A program made the position numbers and the translations under genes. The notes below the pieces were generated by a model. It was not told the DNA's origin. It saw nothing but the letters and a program-made list of their open reading frames with translations, and made no database searches. A stretch of 41,783 nucleotides of DNA from Terrimicrobiaceae bacterium (GTDB lineage: Bacteria > Verrucomicrobiota > Verrucomicrobiia > Chthoniobacterales > Terrimicrobiaceae): contig JBGSVZ010000039.1 in the NCBI GenBank assembly GCA_041752695.1, positions 1-41,783 of the forward strand, read 5' to 3'. Below, in pieces: positions 9,667 to 18,673 of this stretch. Numbering within the stretch: the stretch's first letter is position 1; each line of letters opens with the position of its first letter.

Positions 9667-9760
9667 GCGAGCAGCCTATTGCCGGAACCCACTTCCCGCG
9701 TCAAGTCGTGACTGACTTCCTTTCGTGACAATCCCAGCGACCCGTTTGTAATCTCGCACG

Positions 9761-10627
9761 ATGAAGAGCATGACCGGCCATGGACGCGGAGATGTCGCGA
9801 CGAAGGGCGTGCGTGCCGTCGTCGAGTGCTTCTCCGTCAATCGCAAGCAGGGCGAGGTTTCCGTCGCCACGCCGCGCGAACTTTCCTGGCTCGAACCGCA
9901 CGTGCGCGAAGAAGTTCTCAAACGTGTCGCACGTGGCAAAGTGCAGGTCTCTGTCGCGGTCGAAAATGCGCCGGGGGTCACCGCGCAATTGATCGACGAA
10001 CGCCGCGCGGCCGAGTTTCTCCGTCAGGCGGTCGCCCTGCAAAAAAAACTCGGTCTCACCGGCGAGATCAGTCTGCAGACCGTCCTTTCCGCCCCGGGCG
10101 TCTTGAAGCCCGAAAGCGAGGCGGAGCGCGACATTCTTCCCGCCGTCAAAAAATCCCTCGCCGCCGCGCTCGACGATCTGCTGGTCATGCGCGCCCGCGA
10201 AGGGGGGCACCTGAAGAAGGAACTGACCCGCTGCGCCACCCGCCTGGCGGCCCTGGTGAAAAAAGTCCGCGTCCTCGCGCCCAATGTTCCGAAGCGCCAG
10301 CGCGAAAATCTCCAGCGCCGCCTCGAGGCCGCGCAACTGCCCCTTGATCTGCTTGATCCGCGCCTGGCCACGGAGATCGCCGTCTTCGCCGAGCGCTGCG
10401 ACATCACCGAGGAACTCACCCGCCTCGACAGCCATCTCGGGCAATTGCGCGAAACTTTGGAAAGCGACGGCCCGGTGGGACGCACGCTGGAATTTCTCAC
10501 CCAGGAAATGGGCCGGGAATGGAACACGACCGGCGCGAAAGCCAACGACGCCGAAATTTCCCGCCTCGTCGTGGAGGCCAAATCCGAACTTGATAAACTG
10601 CGCGAGCAGCTGGCGAACATTGAATAA
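9761..10627 (+). CDS. yicC: YicC/YloC family endoribonuclease
   Basis: MKSMTGHG start, 'SVNRK', 'DITEELTRLDSH', 'GRTLEFLTQEMGREWNT.GAK', 'REQLANIE' end. Confidence 0.93.
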   Translation: MKSMTGHGRGDVATKGVRAVVECFSVNRKQGEVSVATPRELSWLEPHVREEVLKRVARGKVQVSVAVENAPGVTAQLIDERRAAEFLRQAVALQKKLGLTGEISLQTVLSAPGVLKPESEAERDILPAVKKSLAAALDDLLVMRAREGGHLKKELTRCATRLAALVKKVRVLAPNVPKRQRENLQRRLEAAQLPLDLLDPRLATEIAVFAERCDITEELTRLDSHLGQLRETLESDGPVGRTLEFLTQEMGREWNTTGAKANDAEISRLVVEAKSELDKLREQLANIE

Positions 10628-11231
10628 AACCTTCCGACGCACCGGCGTTCTTTTTGTCCTCTCCGCCCCTTCCGGCGCAGGGAAAACCACCTTGTGTTCC
10701 GGGCTGCGCCACAAACCCGACTTTGTCTACGCGGTCTCCTGCACGACCCGCTCCCCGCGGGCCGGGGAGATCGAGGGCGAGGATTATTATTTTCTCACCG
10801 ATGCGGATTTCGACCGCCGCGCCGCCGCCGGGGAATTTCTCGAACATGCCGAGGTGCATGGCCGCAAATATGGCACGCTCAAAAGCACGGTGATCGACAA
10901 CCTCGCCCGCGGAATCGATGTGCTCATTGATATTGATACCGAGGGCGCGGCCTCCATCCGCCAGTGCGGCGACGCCTTCATTCTGGAGGCCCTGGCCGAT
11001 GTTTTTATCATGCCTCCGGATCTGGACGAACTTCGCCGCCGCCTGACCAAACGGGGCACGGAGAACGACGAACAAATCGCGGTCCGCATCGCCAACGCCG
11101 CCGCGGAGATGGAACGCTGGCACGATTATAAATACACCATCATCAGCGGCTCGATGGAGGAGGATATTGAAAAATTCCGCGGCGTGATGCGCGCCGAACG
11201 CTACCTCAGCCGCCGCCTCCGCCACGAATAA
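10620..11231 (+). CDS. gmk: Guanylate kinase
   Basis: SAPSGAGKTT, 'SCTTRSPRAGEIEGEDYYF', 'YGT'; probable TTG start overlapping the yicC end. Confidence 0.93.
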   Translation: MNKTFRRTGVLFVLSAPSGAGKTTLCSGLRHKPDFVYAVSCTTRSPRAGEIEGEDYYFLTDADFDRRAAAGEFLEHAEVHGRKYGTLKSTVIDNLARGIDVLIDIDTEGAASIRQCGDAFILEALADVFIMPPDLDELRRRLTKRGTENDEQIAVRIANAAAEMERWHDYKYTIISGSMEEDIEKFRGVMRAERYLSRRLRHE

Positions 11232-11243
11232 GGAGGACTAATC

Positions 11244-11825
11244 ATGGCCTCCGATCTCCGATCTCCCAACTCCGATTGCCCGCCGCCGCGGACCATCGTG
11301 CTCGGCGTCTGCGGCTCCATCGCAGCCTACAAGGCGGCGGATCTCACCAGCCGTCTCACCAAACGCGGACACCAGGTCTTTGTCGTGATGACGGAAAGCG
11401 CCACCCAGTTTGTCGGAGCCATGACCTTTCAAACGCTCTCGCGTCATCCGGTGACGTGCGGCGTCTTTGATGAACGCGACTCGTGGAGGCCCACGCATAT
11501 TGATCTGGCGGACCGCGCCGACCTTTTTCTGGTGGCGCCCGCCACGGCCAACATCCTCGCCAAACTTGCGCACGGCCTCGCCGACGATGCGCTCACTTCC
11601 ATCGCGCTCGCCACCCGTGCGCCGTATCTCCTCGCGCCCGCCATGAATGGAAAGATGTGGCTTCACGAGGCGACCCAGCAAAATGTGGCGACTTTGAAAT
11701 CCCGCGGTGCGGAATTTCTCGGTCCGGAAGAGGGAATGCTGGCCTGTGGATACGAAGGAGTCGGACGCCTCTGGAATGTCGATGAGATCGCTGCCAAGGC
11801 TGATGAAATCTTGCTCCGCGGCTGA
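11244..11825 (+). CDS. coaC: Phosphopantothenoylcysteine decarboxylase (stand-alone CoaC flavoprotein domain)
   Basis: GVCGSIAAYK, HIDLA, APATAN, APAMN, LACG..GVGRL; SD AGGAGG; ends before any CoaB domain. Confidence 0.88.
   Translation: MASDLRSPNSDCPPPRTIVLGVCGSIAAYKAADLTSRLTKRGHQVFVVMTESATQFVGAMTFQTLSRHPVTCGVFDERDSWRPTHIDLADRADLFLVAPATANILAKLAHGLADDALTSIALATRAPYLLAPAMNGKMWLHEATQQNVATLKSRGAEFLGPEEGMLACGYEGVGRLWNVDEIAAKADEILLRG
11249..11276 (+). repeat. 7-bp tandem array (CTCCGAT CTCCGAT CTCCCAA CTCCGAT) in the coaC 5' end
   Basis: Read directly; encodes SDLRSPNSD. Confidence 0.75.
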
Positions 11826-11907
11826 CGCACTCGCGCGCGGTTGAGTTGTTCCTCAAAAAAAATCAAGCGAAAATCGCAAAATTTGTTGACGGAAGTTCAA
11901 CAGAGTA

Positions 11908-11948
11908 CTATTCACAACGAATAGTAAGTTATTCACATGATTTTCACA
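11908..11948 (+). promoter_or_regulatory. Three phased DnaA-box-like direct repeats (CTATTCACA, TTATTCACA, ATTTTCACA) in an AT-rich region
   Basis: Copies at 11908-11916, 11929-11937 (exact TTWTNCACA) and 11940-11948; TTGACG at 11886-11891. Confidence 0.4.
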
Positions 11949-11985
11949 ATTTTTCGCATTTGCGAGTGGAAAGGGGGGATATCGA

Positions 11986-12150
11986 ATGCCAGCTAAGAAA
12001 AAAGCACCCGCTAAGAAAGCCGCTCCGGCCAAAAAGGCAGCTCCTGCCAAGAAAGTCGCCGCCAAGCCCGTAGCCAAGAAGGCCGCAGCCAAGCCTGTCG
12101 CCAAGAAAGCCGTCGCCAAGAAGGCCGCGCCTGTTAAGAAGAAAAAATAA
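11986..12150 (+). CDS. 54-aa histone H1-like Lys/Ala/Pro-rich basic protein (missing from the ORF track)
   Basis: MPAKKKAPAKKAAPAKKAAPAKKVAAKPVAKKAAAKPVAKKAVAKKAAPVKKKK; G-rich SD-like sequence upstream and a strong terminator downstream. Confidence 0.85.
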   Translation: MPAKKKAPAKKAAPAKKAAPAKKVAAKPVAKKAAAKPVAKKAVAKKAAPVKKKK

Positions 12151-12181
12151 CCGTTGTTCGCCTCGTGCGAATGACAAATCC

Positions 12182-12220
12182 AATTTGGGAGAGGCCGGAA
12201 GGCTTCTCCCAAATTTTTTT
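12182..12220 (+). terminator. Intrinsic terminator
   Basis: AATTTGGGAGAGGCC-GGAA-GGCTTCTCCCAAATT stem-loop followed by a T run. Confidence 0.85.
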
Positions 12221-12277
12221 GCCCTCGCCCCGTCGTTTTGTCGGGCAATACCTGGCAGTCGAGGCTATCCGCTTTTC

Positions 12278-12973
12278 CTAAACCAGCCCGGCCACAATCG
12301 CCAGCGCCGCCTCCCGCGGAGAGGCTGCTCCGGTGATGGGGCGGCCGATCACCAGGTGGCTGGCTCCGGCGGCGATGGCGTCGGCGGGAGTCATGACGCG
12401 TTGTTGATCATCGGTGGAGGCACCGACCGGTCGGACGCCGGGCGTGACGATGGTCAGGTCGCCGCCGAAGCGGTGGCGCAGAGAGACGATTTCGTGCGGG
12501 CTGCACACCACGCCGCGCAGGCCGACATCGGTGCCGAGGGCGACGAGTTCACCGACCTGCGCCTCGGGGGTGCGTTCGACGCCGATGCCGCGCAGTTCAG
12601 CCTCGTTGAAGCTGGTGAGGACCGTGACGCCCAGAACGAGCAGCGCTGACCCCTCGGCGGCTTTCACCGCTTCCCAAACCATGGTGCGACCGCCGGAAAG
12701 GTGGATGGTGGTCATGTCCACCCCAAGCGCCACGGCGGAATGCACGGCCTCGCGGGCGGTGTTCGGGATGTCGTGGAATTTCAGATCCAGGAAAACCTTG
12801 AATCCCCGCGCCTTGATTTCGCGGACGATGGACGGGCCCTCGGCGGTGAAAAGCTGGAGTCCGATTTTGATCCAGGAGACGGAGTCGCCGAGCGTGTCCA
12901 CAAGATGGAGGGCGACGGCGGTGTTGGGCGCGTCGAGCGCCACGATGATTTTTTCTTTAGCGGGAATGGCCAT
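12278..12973 (-). CDS. pyrF: Orotidine-5'-phosphate decarboxylase
   Basis: IIVALD, KIG, FLDLKFHDIPNT, VTVLTS, VTPGVRP, DDQQR, VIGRPI. Confidence 0.95.
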   Translation of the reverse strand: MAIPAKEKIIVALDAPNTAVALHLVDTLGDSVSWIKIGLQLFTAEGPSIVREIKARGFKVFLDLKFHDIPNTAREAVHSAVALGVDMTTIHLSGGRTMVWEAVKAAEGSALLVLGVTVLTSFNEAELRGIGVERTPEAQVGELVALGTDVGLRGVVCSPHEIVSLRHRFGGDLTIVTPGVRPVGASTDDQQRVMTPADAIAAGASHLVIGRPITGAASPREAALAIVAGLV

Positions 12974-12992
12974 TAACGCAGGATGCGCGGCC

Positions 12993-13823
12993 ATGAAGCT
13001 GCGCGCGCCGGCGAAAGTCAATTTGCATCTGCGGATCTGCGGGAAGCGCGCGGATGGATTTCACGACCTGGAGACGCTGATGGCTCCGATCTCGCTGGCC
13101 GATGAGATCACGGTGGAAACGTCCCTGGGCCGCACGGTGCGCGTGGAGTGTGACAACCCGGAGGTGCCCCTGGGGGAAAAAAATCTCGCGGCGGTAGCCG
13201 CGCATCGGTTTTCGCACCATACCGGACGGCAGTTTGCCGCACGCATCAGCATCGCCAAGCGCATCCCGATGGGAGCCGGGCTCGGGGGCGGGAGCAGCGA
13301 CGCGGCGGCGGTGCTGACGGCGCTGGATGCCATTTTTGAAACGCGGCTCGGGGTGGCCGGCCTGGAGCGCATCGCGGCCGAACTGGGATCCGACGTGCCG
13401 TTTTTCATTCGCGGCCACGCGGCGTGGTGCCGGGGACGCGGCGAACTGATCGACACCTGGGATCTGCCGGAGAAGTTGCCGCTGCTCTTAGTGAAGCCGG
13501 TTTTCGGCGTGGAAACCCCCTGGGCCTACAAAAACTGGGAGGCGTCCCGGGACCTTCCCGGGCTGGATTGCAGCGGGCAGGATCTGGGCTGGGTGAAAAT
13601 CCTGAACTCGCTCGAGCGTCCGGTTTTTGAAAAGTTCCTTCTCCTGCCGGCGATCAAACAATGGCTGCGCGCGCAGCCCGGGGTCCGGGCCGCGGCGATG
13701 TCCGGCTCGGGATCGACCATGTTTGCCGTGCTGCAAGAGCCCTCCGTCGCGGAGGATCTCATGACGCGGGCGCGGGTCGAATTTGGCGAAAGCCTCTGGC
13801 TGGCGGCCTGCGAGACCGACTGA
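12993..13823 (+). CDS. ispE: 4-diphosphocytidyl-2-C-methyl-D-erythritol kinase
   Basis: APAKVNLHL, KRIPMGAGLGGGSSDAA, LGSDVPFF, MSGSGST. Confidence 0.95.
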   Translation: MKLRAPAKVNLHLRICGKRADGFHDLETLMAPISLADEITVETSLGRTVRVECDNPEVPLGEKNLAAVAAHRFSHHTGRQFAARISIAKRIPMGAGLGGGSSDAAAVLTALDAIFETRLGVAGLERIAAELGSDVPFFIRGHAAWCRGRGELIDTWDLPEKLPLLLVKPVFGVETPWAYKNWEASRDLPGLDCSGQDLGWVKILNSLERPVFEKFLLLPAIKQWLRAQPGVRAAAMSGSGSTMFAVLQEPSVAEDLMTRARVEFGESLWLAACETD

Positions 13824-13824
13824 G

Positions 13825-14937
13825 TTATTTGAGGAGAAAATCGGGGTTGAGCTTCTTCAGGGCGGGGAGGACAAAAAGACCGTCCTTGCGGATCAGTTTG
13901 CCATCGAACCACACTTCGCCGCCGCCGTAGTCCTTGCGCTGGATGTTGACCATGTCCCAGTGGATGCGGCTCTTGTTGCCGTTGCCCGCGGTTTCATAAG
14001 CCTGGCCGGGGGTGAAATGGAAGCTGCCGGCGATCTTTTCGTCGAAGAGGATGTCCCGCATCGGGTGAAGAATGTGGGGATTAAAACCCAGCGCGAACTC
14101 GCCGATGTAGCGCGCGCCCTCGTCGCTATCGAGGATCTCGTTGAGCTTCTTCGTGTTGTTGCCGATGGCCTTGACCACGCGCCCTTTTTCGAAGTCGAGA
14201 CGGATGCTGTCGAAGGCGGTGCCTTGATAAATTGTCGGAGCATTGAAGGTGACGTGCCCTTCGACGGAGTCTTTCACCGGACAGGAAAAAACTTCGCCAT
14301 CCGGGATGTTGCGATCGCCGCCACACATGACGGACCCAATGCCCTTGATCGAGAAAAGCAGGTCGGTGCCAGGGCCTTTCAGGTGCACCCGGTCCGTGCG
14401 ATCCATCAGGGCTTTAAGCGCCTTCATGCCCGGAAGCATGCGGGAGTATTCGAGCGTACAGACCTTGAAATAATAATCCTCAAAAGCCTCGGTGCTCATC
14501 TGGGCCTGCTGTGCCATGGCCGCAGTCGGCCAGCGGAGGACGACCCACTTGGTTTTGTTGATGCGCCAGTCCATCACGGGACGCATCAGCCCGGCGATCA
14601 GCCTCATTTTTTCCTCGGGCACGTCGGAAAGTTCCGTGATGTTGTGACTGCCACGCACGGCGATGTAGGCGTGCATTTTTTTCATGCGCGCCAGTTCGAC
14701 GGCGCTGGTGACCTTAAGGGCCTCCTCGCTGGCTCCCAGGGCCAGTTCGCGGGACACACGGGCGTGGTGAATCCCGAGAAACGGCACGCCCCCCGCCGCG
14801 CGGGCGGCGCGAACCAAAGCGATCCCCATCTCGTCCGGTACGTCAAAAAGCTCGATCAGAACGTGTTCGCCCTTTTTCAGTTTGGTCGAATGGCGGATGA
14901 GGACGCGGGCCAGGAGATCAAATCGGGAGTCGTGCAT
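13825..14937 (-). CDS. M29 family aminopeptidase (AmpS/aminopeptidase T-like)
   Basis: [34 protein letters not shown]. Confidence 0.9.
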   Translation of the reverse strand: MHDSRFDLLARVLIRHSTKLKKGEHVLIELFDVPDEMGIALVRAARAAGGVPFLGIHHARVSRELALGASEEALKVTSAVELARMKKMHAYIAVRGSHNITELSDVPEEKMRLIAGLMRPVMDWRINKTKWVVLRWPTAAMAQQAQMSTEAFEDYYFKVCTLEYSRMLPGMKALKALMDRTDRVHLKGPGTDLLFSIKGIGSVMCGGDRNIPDGEVFSCPVKDSVEGHVTFNAPTIYQGTAFDSIRLDFEKGRVVKAIGNNTKKLNEILDSDEGARYIGEFALGFNPHILHPMRDILFDEKIAGSFHFTPGQAYETAGNGNKSRIHWDMVNIQRKDYGGGEVWFDGKLIRKDGLFVLPALKKLNPDFLLK

Positions 14938-15108
14938 AAAAAAGCCTAGCAAGGAAACGTCCCGGGAAAAGAGGCAAAATGGAGCGGCGGTTCGTGGAGG
15001 TCAGCCTCAGGCCTGTCCGTCGGAAAAATGTGGGAGGTGTCAGTCGGCACGGAACGCACGATGAAGCCTGCCGGAAGGGACCAAAGCATGTCCCTCCCAG
15101 GCGGGTCG

Positions 15109-15717
15109 TTACCGATTTCGCCCGATGGCGGGTTTGGTCGTTGTGGGCTTTGGGGTTGGCGAGGGCTTCTCCACGGGCGGGCGGGCGGGCTTTGCTGGAG
15201 GAGCAGGTTTGACGGAGGGCTTCTCCCTGGACTTGCTGGCGGGCTGCGTGGCTCCAGGCTGGGGTTTTGCCTTCGTCTTTGTCGCCGGTTTTTCGTGAAT
15301 GTTGGGCTTGGCGAGCAGGGGGATCTCCTTGAGCACTTCCATGCGAACTTTGGCGATGCCGCGGTCATACATGCCAAGCTGGCGGGCCGCCCCGACCGTG
15401 AGATCAATGATCCTCCCGCGGATGTAAGGGCCCCGGTCGTTGATGCGGACGACGATGGATTTGTTGGTTTTGAGATCGATGACACGCACCTTGGTGCCGA
15501 AGGGCAGTTTTTTGTGCGCTGCAGCCAAGGCTGTGCCACTAAACCGCTCGCCGCTGGCAGTGCGTTTGTCCCGGTACCACGAGGCAATCCCAGTCTCCGA
15601 ACTGACGGCCTGCGGGTTATACAAGACGGGTTTTTTGGTGGTGTCCGGCAGCGGGGTGGCGCAGGAGGCGAGCAAAAGGAAGAGAAGGGCCGGCAGGCGG
15701 CGGCAGATGGGCGGCAT
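15109..15717 (-). CDS. rlpA: Septal ring lytic transglycosylase RlpA-family lipoprotein with a Pro/Lys-rich tail
   Basis: Lipobox LASC; GIASWY, TASGERF, AAHKKLPFGT, VRINDRGPY, RIIDL. Confidence 0.9.
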   Translation of the reverse strand: MPPICRRLPALLFLLLASCATPLPDTTKKPVLYNPQAVSSETGIASWYRDKRTASGERFSGTALAAAHKKLPFGTKVRVIDLKTNKSIVVRINDRGPYIRGRIIDLTVGAARQLGMYDRGIAKVRMEVLKEIPLLAKPNIHEKPATKTKAKPQPGATQPASKSREKPSVKPAPPAKPARPPVEKPSPTPKPTTTKPAIGRNR

Positions 15718-15723
15718 GAGGGA

Positions 15724-16647
15724 TTATCTGTGGGCGGCACCCAGCAGACCGAGAGCGCAAGAGAGTCCCTCGAGATGTTTCGGGCCGGTCAAATCGACGA
15801 CGGAAAAATTAAATTGGTTGCGAAACCAGGTCAATTGCCTTTTGGCGTACCGCCGGGTGGCGAGGACGATGGCGGCGCGGCAGGCGGGTTCCGTCATTTC
15901 GCCGCGGAGGAGGGCCTGAATTTCGCGCATGCCGATGGCGAATTGGGAGTTCGGAGGTCGAAGATCGGCGATGGGAGATGGGAGATCGATCGCGGCGACT
16001 TCGGCGACGACGCCCCGGGCAAACATGGCGTCTACGTTGGCGGCGATGCGGGCCTCGAGTTCCTCCCGGTCGCGGTGCAGGAGGAGTCCGCGAAATCCAG
16101 GAGTGTCTTTCGTGGCCCAGGACTGGCGGGACTCTGCGACAGTGCGGCCGGTGAGGAGATGGATTTCCAGGGCGCGCAGGACTCGGCGGGGGTTTTGAAA
16201 ATCCACCATTTCGCGTGCGGCGGGGTCGGCCAGGTCAAGGCGCTGCCGAAGTTCATCCGCGGACAGGGCGGAAAGCTCGGCGCGCAGGACCGGGTCGGAC
16301 GGCGGGGCGTCGGACAGACCGTGGGTGAGTGCCTTGAGGTACAGCCCGGCACCGCCGGTGAGGATGGGGGTTTTCCCGCGGGCTTGAATGTCCCGGATGA
16401 GGTCGCCGGCCTGGCGGGCAAACTGCGCGGCATCGAATGGCTCCGCCGGGGATAAAAAACCGATGAGATGGTGGGGGACGGTTCCTGTGAGAGCAGGCTG
16501 GGCGGTGAGAATTTCCAGGCCCGCATACACTTGATAGGCGTCGGCCCCAAGAATTTCGCCGTCGAGCTGGCGGGCCAACTCGACGGCGAAAGCGGATTTA
16601 CCGACCCCGGTGGGGCCGGCAACAATGATGGGCAGATTATTGCTCAG
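15724..16647 (-). CDS. miaA: tRNA dimethylallyltransferase (start codon uncertain)
   Basis: GPTGVGKS, DAYQVY, HHLIG, GGAGLY, NPRRVLRALE, TRRYAKRQLTWF. Confidence 0.93.
   Translation of the reverse strand: MSNNLPIIVAGPTGVGKSAFAVELARQLDGEILGADAYQVYAGLEILTAQPALTGTVPHHLIGFLSPAEPFDAAQFARQAGDLIRDIQARGKTPILTGGAGLYLKALTHGLSDAPPSDPVLRAELSALSADELRQRLDLADPAAREMVDFQNPRRVLRALEIHLLTGRTVAESRQSWATKDTPGFRGLLLHRDREELEARIAANVDAMFARGVVAEVAAIDLPSPIADLRPPNSQFAIGMREIQALLRGEMTEPACRAAIVLATRRYAKRQLTWFRNQFNFSVVDLTGPKHLEGLSCALGLLGAAHR
15944..15985 (-). repeat. In-frame 6 x 7-bp array inside miaA (TCTCCCA TCTCCCA TCGCCGA TCTTCGA CCTCCGA ACTCCCA on the minus strand)
   Basis: 42 bp read directly; part of the peptide DLPSPIADLRPPNSQF. 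Confidence 0.75.
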
Positions 16648-17347
16648 GCTGCTGCTGAGGCTCGGCCTCGGCCTGCGGCTCGGATTGGGCCTCGGCTTCC
16701 GCCTGACGGCGTTCGCTGCGGCGTTCTTCCACCGCCTTGGCACCGCTCACGACGAGCTTGCGGCCCATGTATTCCTTATCGTGCAATTCGGCGACGGCGC
16801 GTTTCGCTTCGTCCACCGTCTGCATTTGCACGAACCCAAATCCCTTGGATTTCTGGGTGTGTTTGTTGGCCACGACTTCCACGTTCTGAACGAGGCCGAC
16901 TCCGTTGAAGAGTTCGAGCAAGTCGCTCTCGCTGGCGTCGAAGGACAGGTTGCCCACGTAAAGCCGGGGCGATGTGACTTCCACAATCTCGGGAGTGCGG
17001 AATCCGGACGGACGTTCCGGGCGGGCGGCGCGCTCAGGGCGCTCCGAACGTTCGGGGCGTTCTGTCCGCTCGGGCCGTTCGGAACGCTCGCGGCGTTCGG
17101 GCCGCTCTGTTCGTGTCGGGGTGTCGCGGGGAACGCTGCCGTATCCGCTGGGGCGGGAAGCAGGGGCGGCTGGCTTCGCGCCAAAAAAGGCGGCGATTTT
17201 CTGCCAGAGGGGTTGTTTTTTTGGTGGCACGGGAGCAGTGGTTTCCTGACGGTTGGAGCGGGGACCGCTACGCTGGCGGTCGGGCCGGCGTCCACCCCGA
17301 CGGGATGGGGAGCGGCGGCCGCTCGATGGTGTGTAGTCTGATGACAT
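16637..17347 (-). CDS. RRM (RNP) RNA-binding protein with a long Arg/Glu-rich N-terminal extension
   Basis: RNP2 LYVGNL, RNP1 KGFGFVQM; ERP/ERS/ERT tripeptide repeats. Confidence 0.9.
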   Translation of the reverse strand: MSSDYTPSSGRRSPSRRGGRRPDRQRSGPRSNRQETTAPVPPKKQPLWQKIAAFFGAKPAAPASRPSGYGSVPRDTPTRTERPERRERSERPERTERPERSERPERAARPERPSGFRTPEIVEVTSPRLYVGNLSFDASESDLLELFNGVGLVQNVEVVANKHTQKSKGFGFVQMQTVDEAKRAVAELHDKEYMGRKLVVSGAKAVEERRSERRQAEAEAQSEPQAEAEPQQQPEQ

Positions 17348-17653
17348 TATGGTTTTTATTGGCGGGCTGCGCGCGGAGTCTCCGGGGGCGCGGCCCATTC
17401 GTTGGCACCTCGGGCGGGGCCGATTTTTCCGGCCGGAAACGGCAAGGTCATCCGGTGGAAATCCAGTAAGCGGCCATGCAGAAATTCCTCCGCGCGAACA
17501 ACTTCCAGAAGAAGCGCGGCTGTTTCCCTGTGCATTTCGTTAAACGCCTGAGGTGGCGATACGCTCTTCCAGTCCGGCCCACATTGCAAGAGCCATTTCC
17601 AGGAGGCGCTTGCCGGCGAATTTCTCGCAACCTTTCGAGAAATTCCCGGTTCA

Positions 17654-18673
17654 ATGAGGATGCTCAATAACCGCGTTCTCGCTTTAGCTGGAGTGGCCGC
17701 CCTCCTCGCCGTCGTAATGGTCTGGAGATGGGTGGCCGGCTGGGGGTACGTGACCGTGAAAGTTCATGAGGCACCGCTGGCCCAGGTTATCAAGTCCATC
17801 GAGCGACAGGGAGGGGTCAAGATCAGCACTAATGCCGACCCCGCCACTCCTGTGACCATGCTGATTGAGAAAGGATCGGCCTATGAAGCCGTCGATATTC
17901 TGTCCATCGCAATCGACGGCGATGCCCGGCTTGCCTACGTAGCGGCGCCCAGTGACCGCGAGATTAAGGATGTGCTGGCGGCTTTTGCTGGCGGAAACAA
18001 CCCCGGGGGCTGGGCGGTTTTTGCCGGCTGGGGCGGAAGAGGGCCGGGAGGGAGCGAATTTGAGGCGGACCCTAGGGGGATCATTTGGAAACCGAGTGAT
18101 TCCGAAGACAAAAGCCTCCAGGCGATTCTCAACCAGGGCGCCCAGAAGACCGGAGCCCTTTTTGCCGTCCCCAAGGAGTGGAATCCCGTTGTTGGCAAAC
18201 TTCCTGGCGAAGGCCGAGCCGGCAAGGTCACCGCCTCCGTGGTGAAAAGTGCCAAGGGTTCCGTCCAGGAGCTTTTCCTGGTCACCGTCCAGCCACCGCG
18301 CGAACAGACAGCGGGCAACGAAGCCGAGGTCACCCGCACCGTTTTTGCCCCGCAGCGGGGAGGCCAGCGCAATCCTGAGTGGATGGCCGAACGGGCCAAG
18401 GCCCAGATTGCCACCCTGCCGCCCGAGCAGCGCGCCGATGCCCAAAAACAAATGGACGAAATGCGCACTTTTTGGGAGTCCGTTCGGAACCTCCCCGAAG
18501 AAGAACGGCGGGCGAAAATGGAAGAAATGATGAACAAACCCGAGGTGCAGGAGCGTATGGAAGAACGCATGAATGCCCGCGACGCCAAGAGTCCGCCGCA
18601 AAAACGCGAAGACCGCATGCGCCGGTACCTCGACCGTAAAAATCAAATGAAGGGCGCGTCGTCGAGATCATGA
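17654..18673 (+). CDS. Hypothetical membrane-anchored protein with an STN-like N-terminal domain and a helical LPPEQR/LPEEER C-terminus
   Basis: N-terminal TM; 'VTVKVHEAPLAQVIKSIERQGGVKI' resembles secretin/TonB N-domains; ATGA overlap with the next gene. Confidence 0.75.
   Translation: MRMLNNRVLALAGVAALLAVVMVWRWVAGWGYVTVKVHEAPLAQVIKSIERQGGVKISTNADPATPVTMLIEKGSAYEAVDILSIAIDGDARLAYVAAPSDREIKDVLAAFAGGNNPGGWAVFAGWGGRGPGGSEFEADPRGIIWKPSDSEDKSLQAILNQGAQKTGALFAVPKEWNPVVGKLPGEGRAGKVTASVVKSAKGSVQELFLVTVQPPREQTAGNEAEVTRTVFAPQRGGQRNPEWMAERAKAQIATLPPEQRADAQKQMDEMRTFWESVRNLPEEERRAKMEEMMNKPEVQERMEERMNARDAKSPPQKREDRMRRYLDRKNQMKGASSRS

Noticed and set aside
11853..12248. 131-aa minus-strand ORF with FLA/AAFL repeats
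   Set aside because: Antisense shadow of the Lys/Ala-rich gene at 11986-12150, which has the SD-like site and terminator.
12414..12992. N-terminal extension of the 469-aa ORF containing ispE
   Set aside because: Antisense to pyrF; IspE homology begins at MKLRAPAK (12993).
17440..17480. CCGGTGGAAATCC resembling part of a cobalamin riboswitch
   Set aside because: Other conserved elements (GGGAA, GCCACTG B12 box) are not evident and neighbouring genes are unrelated to B12; an Rfam scan would settle it.
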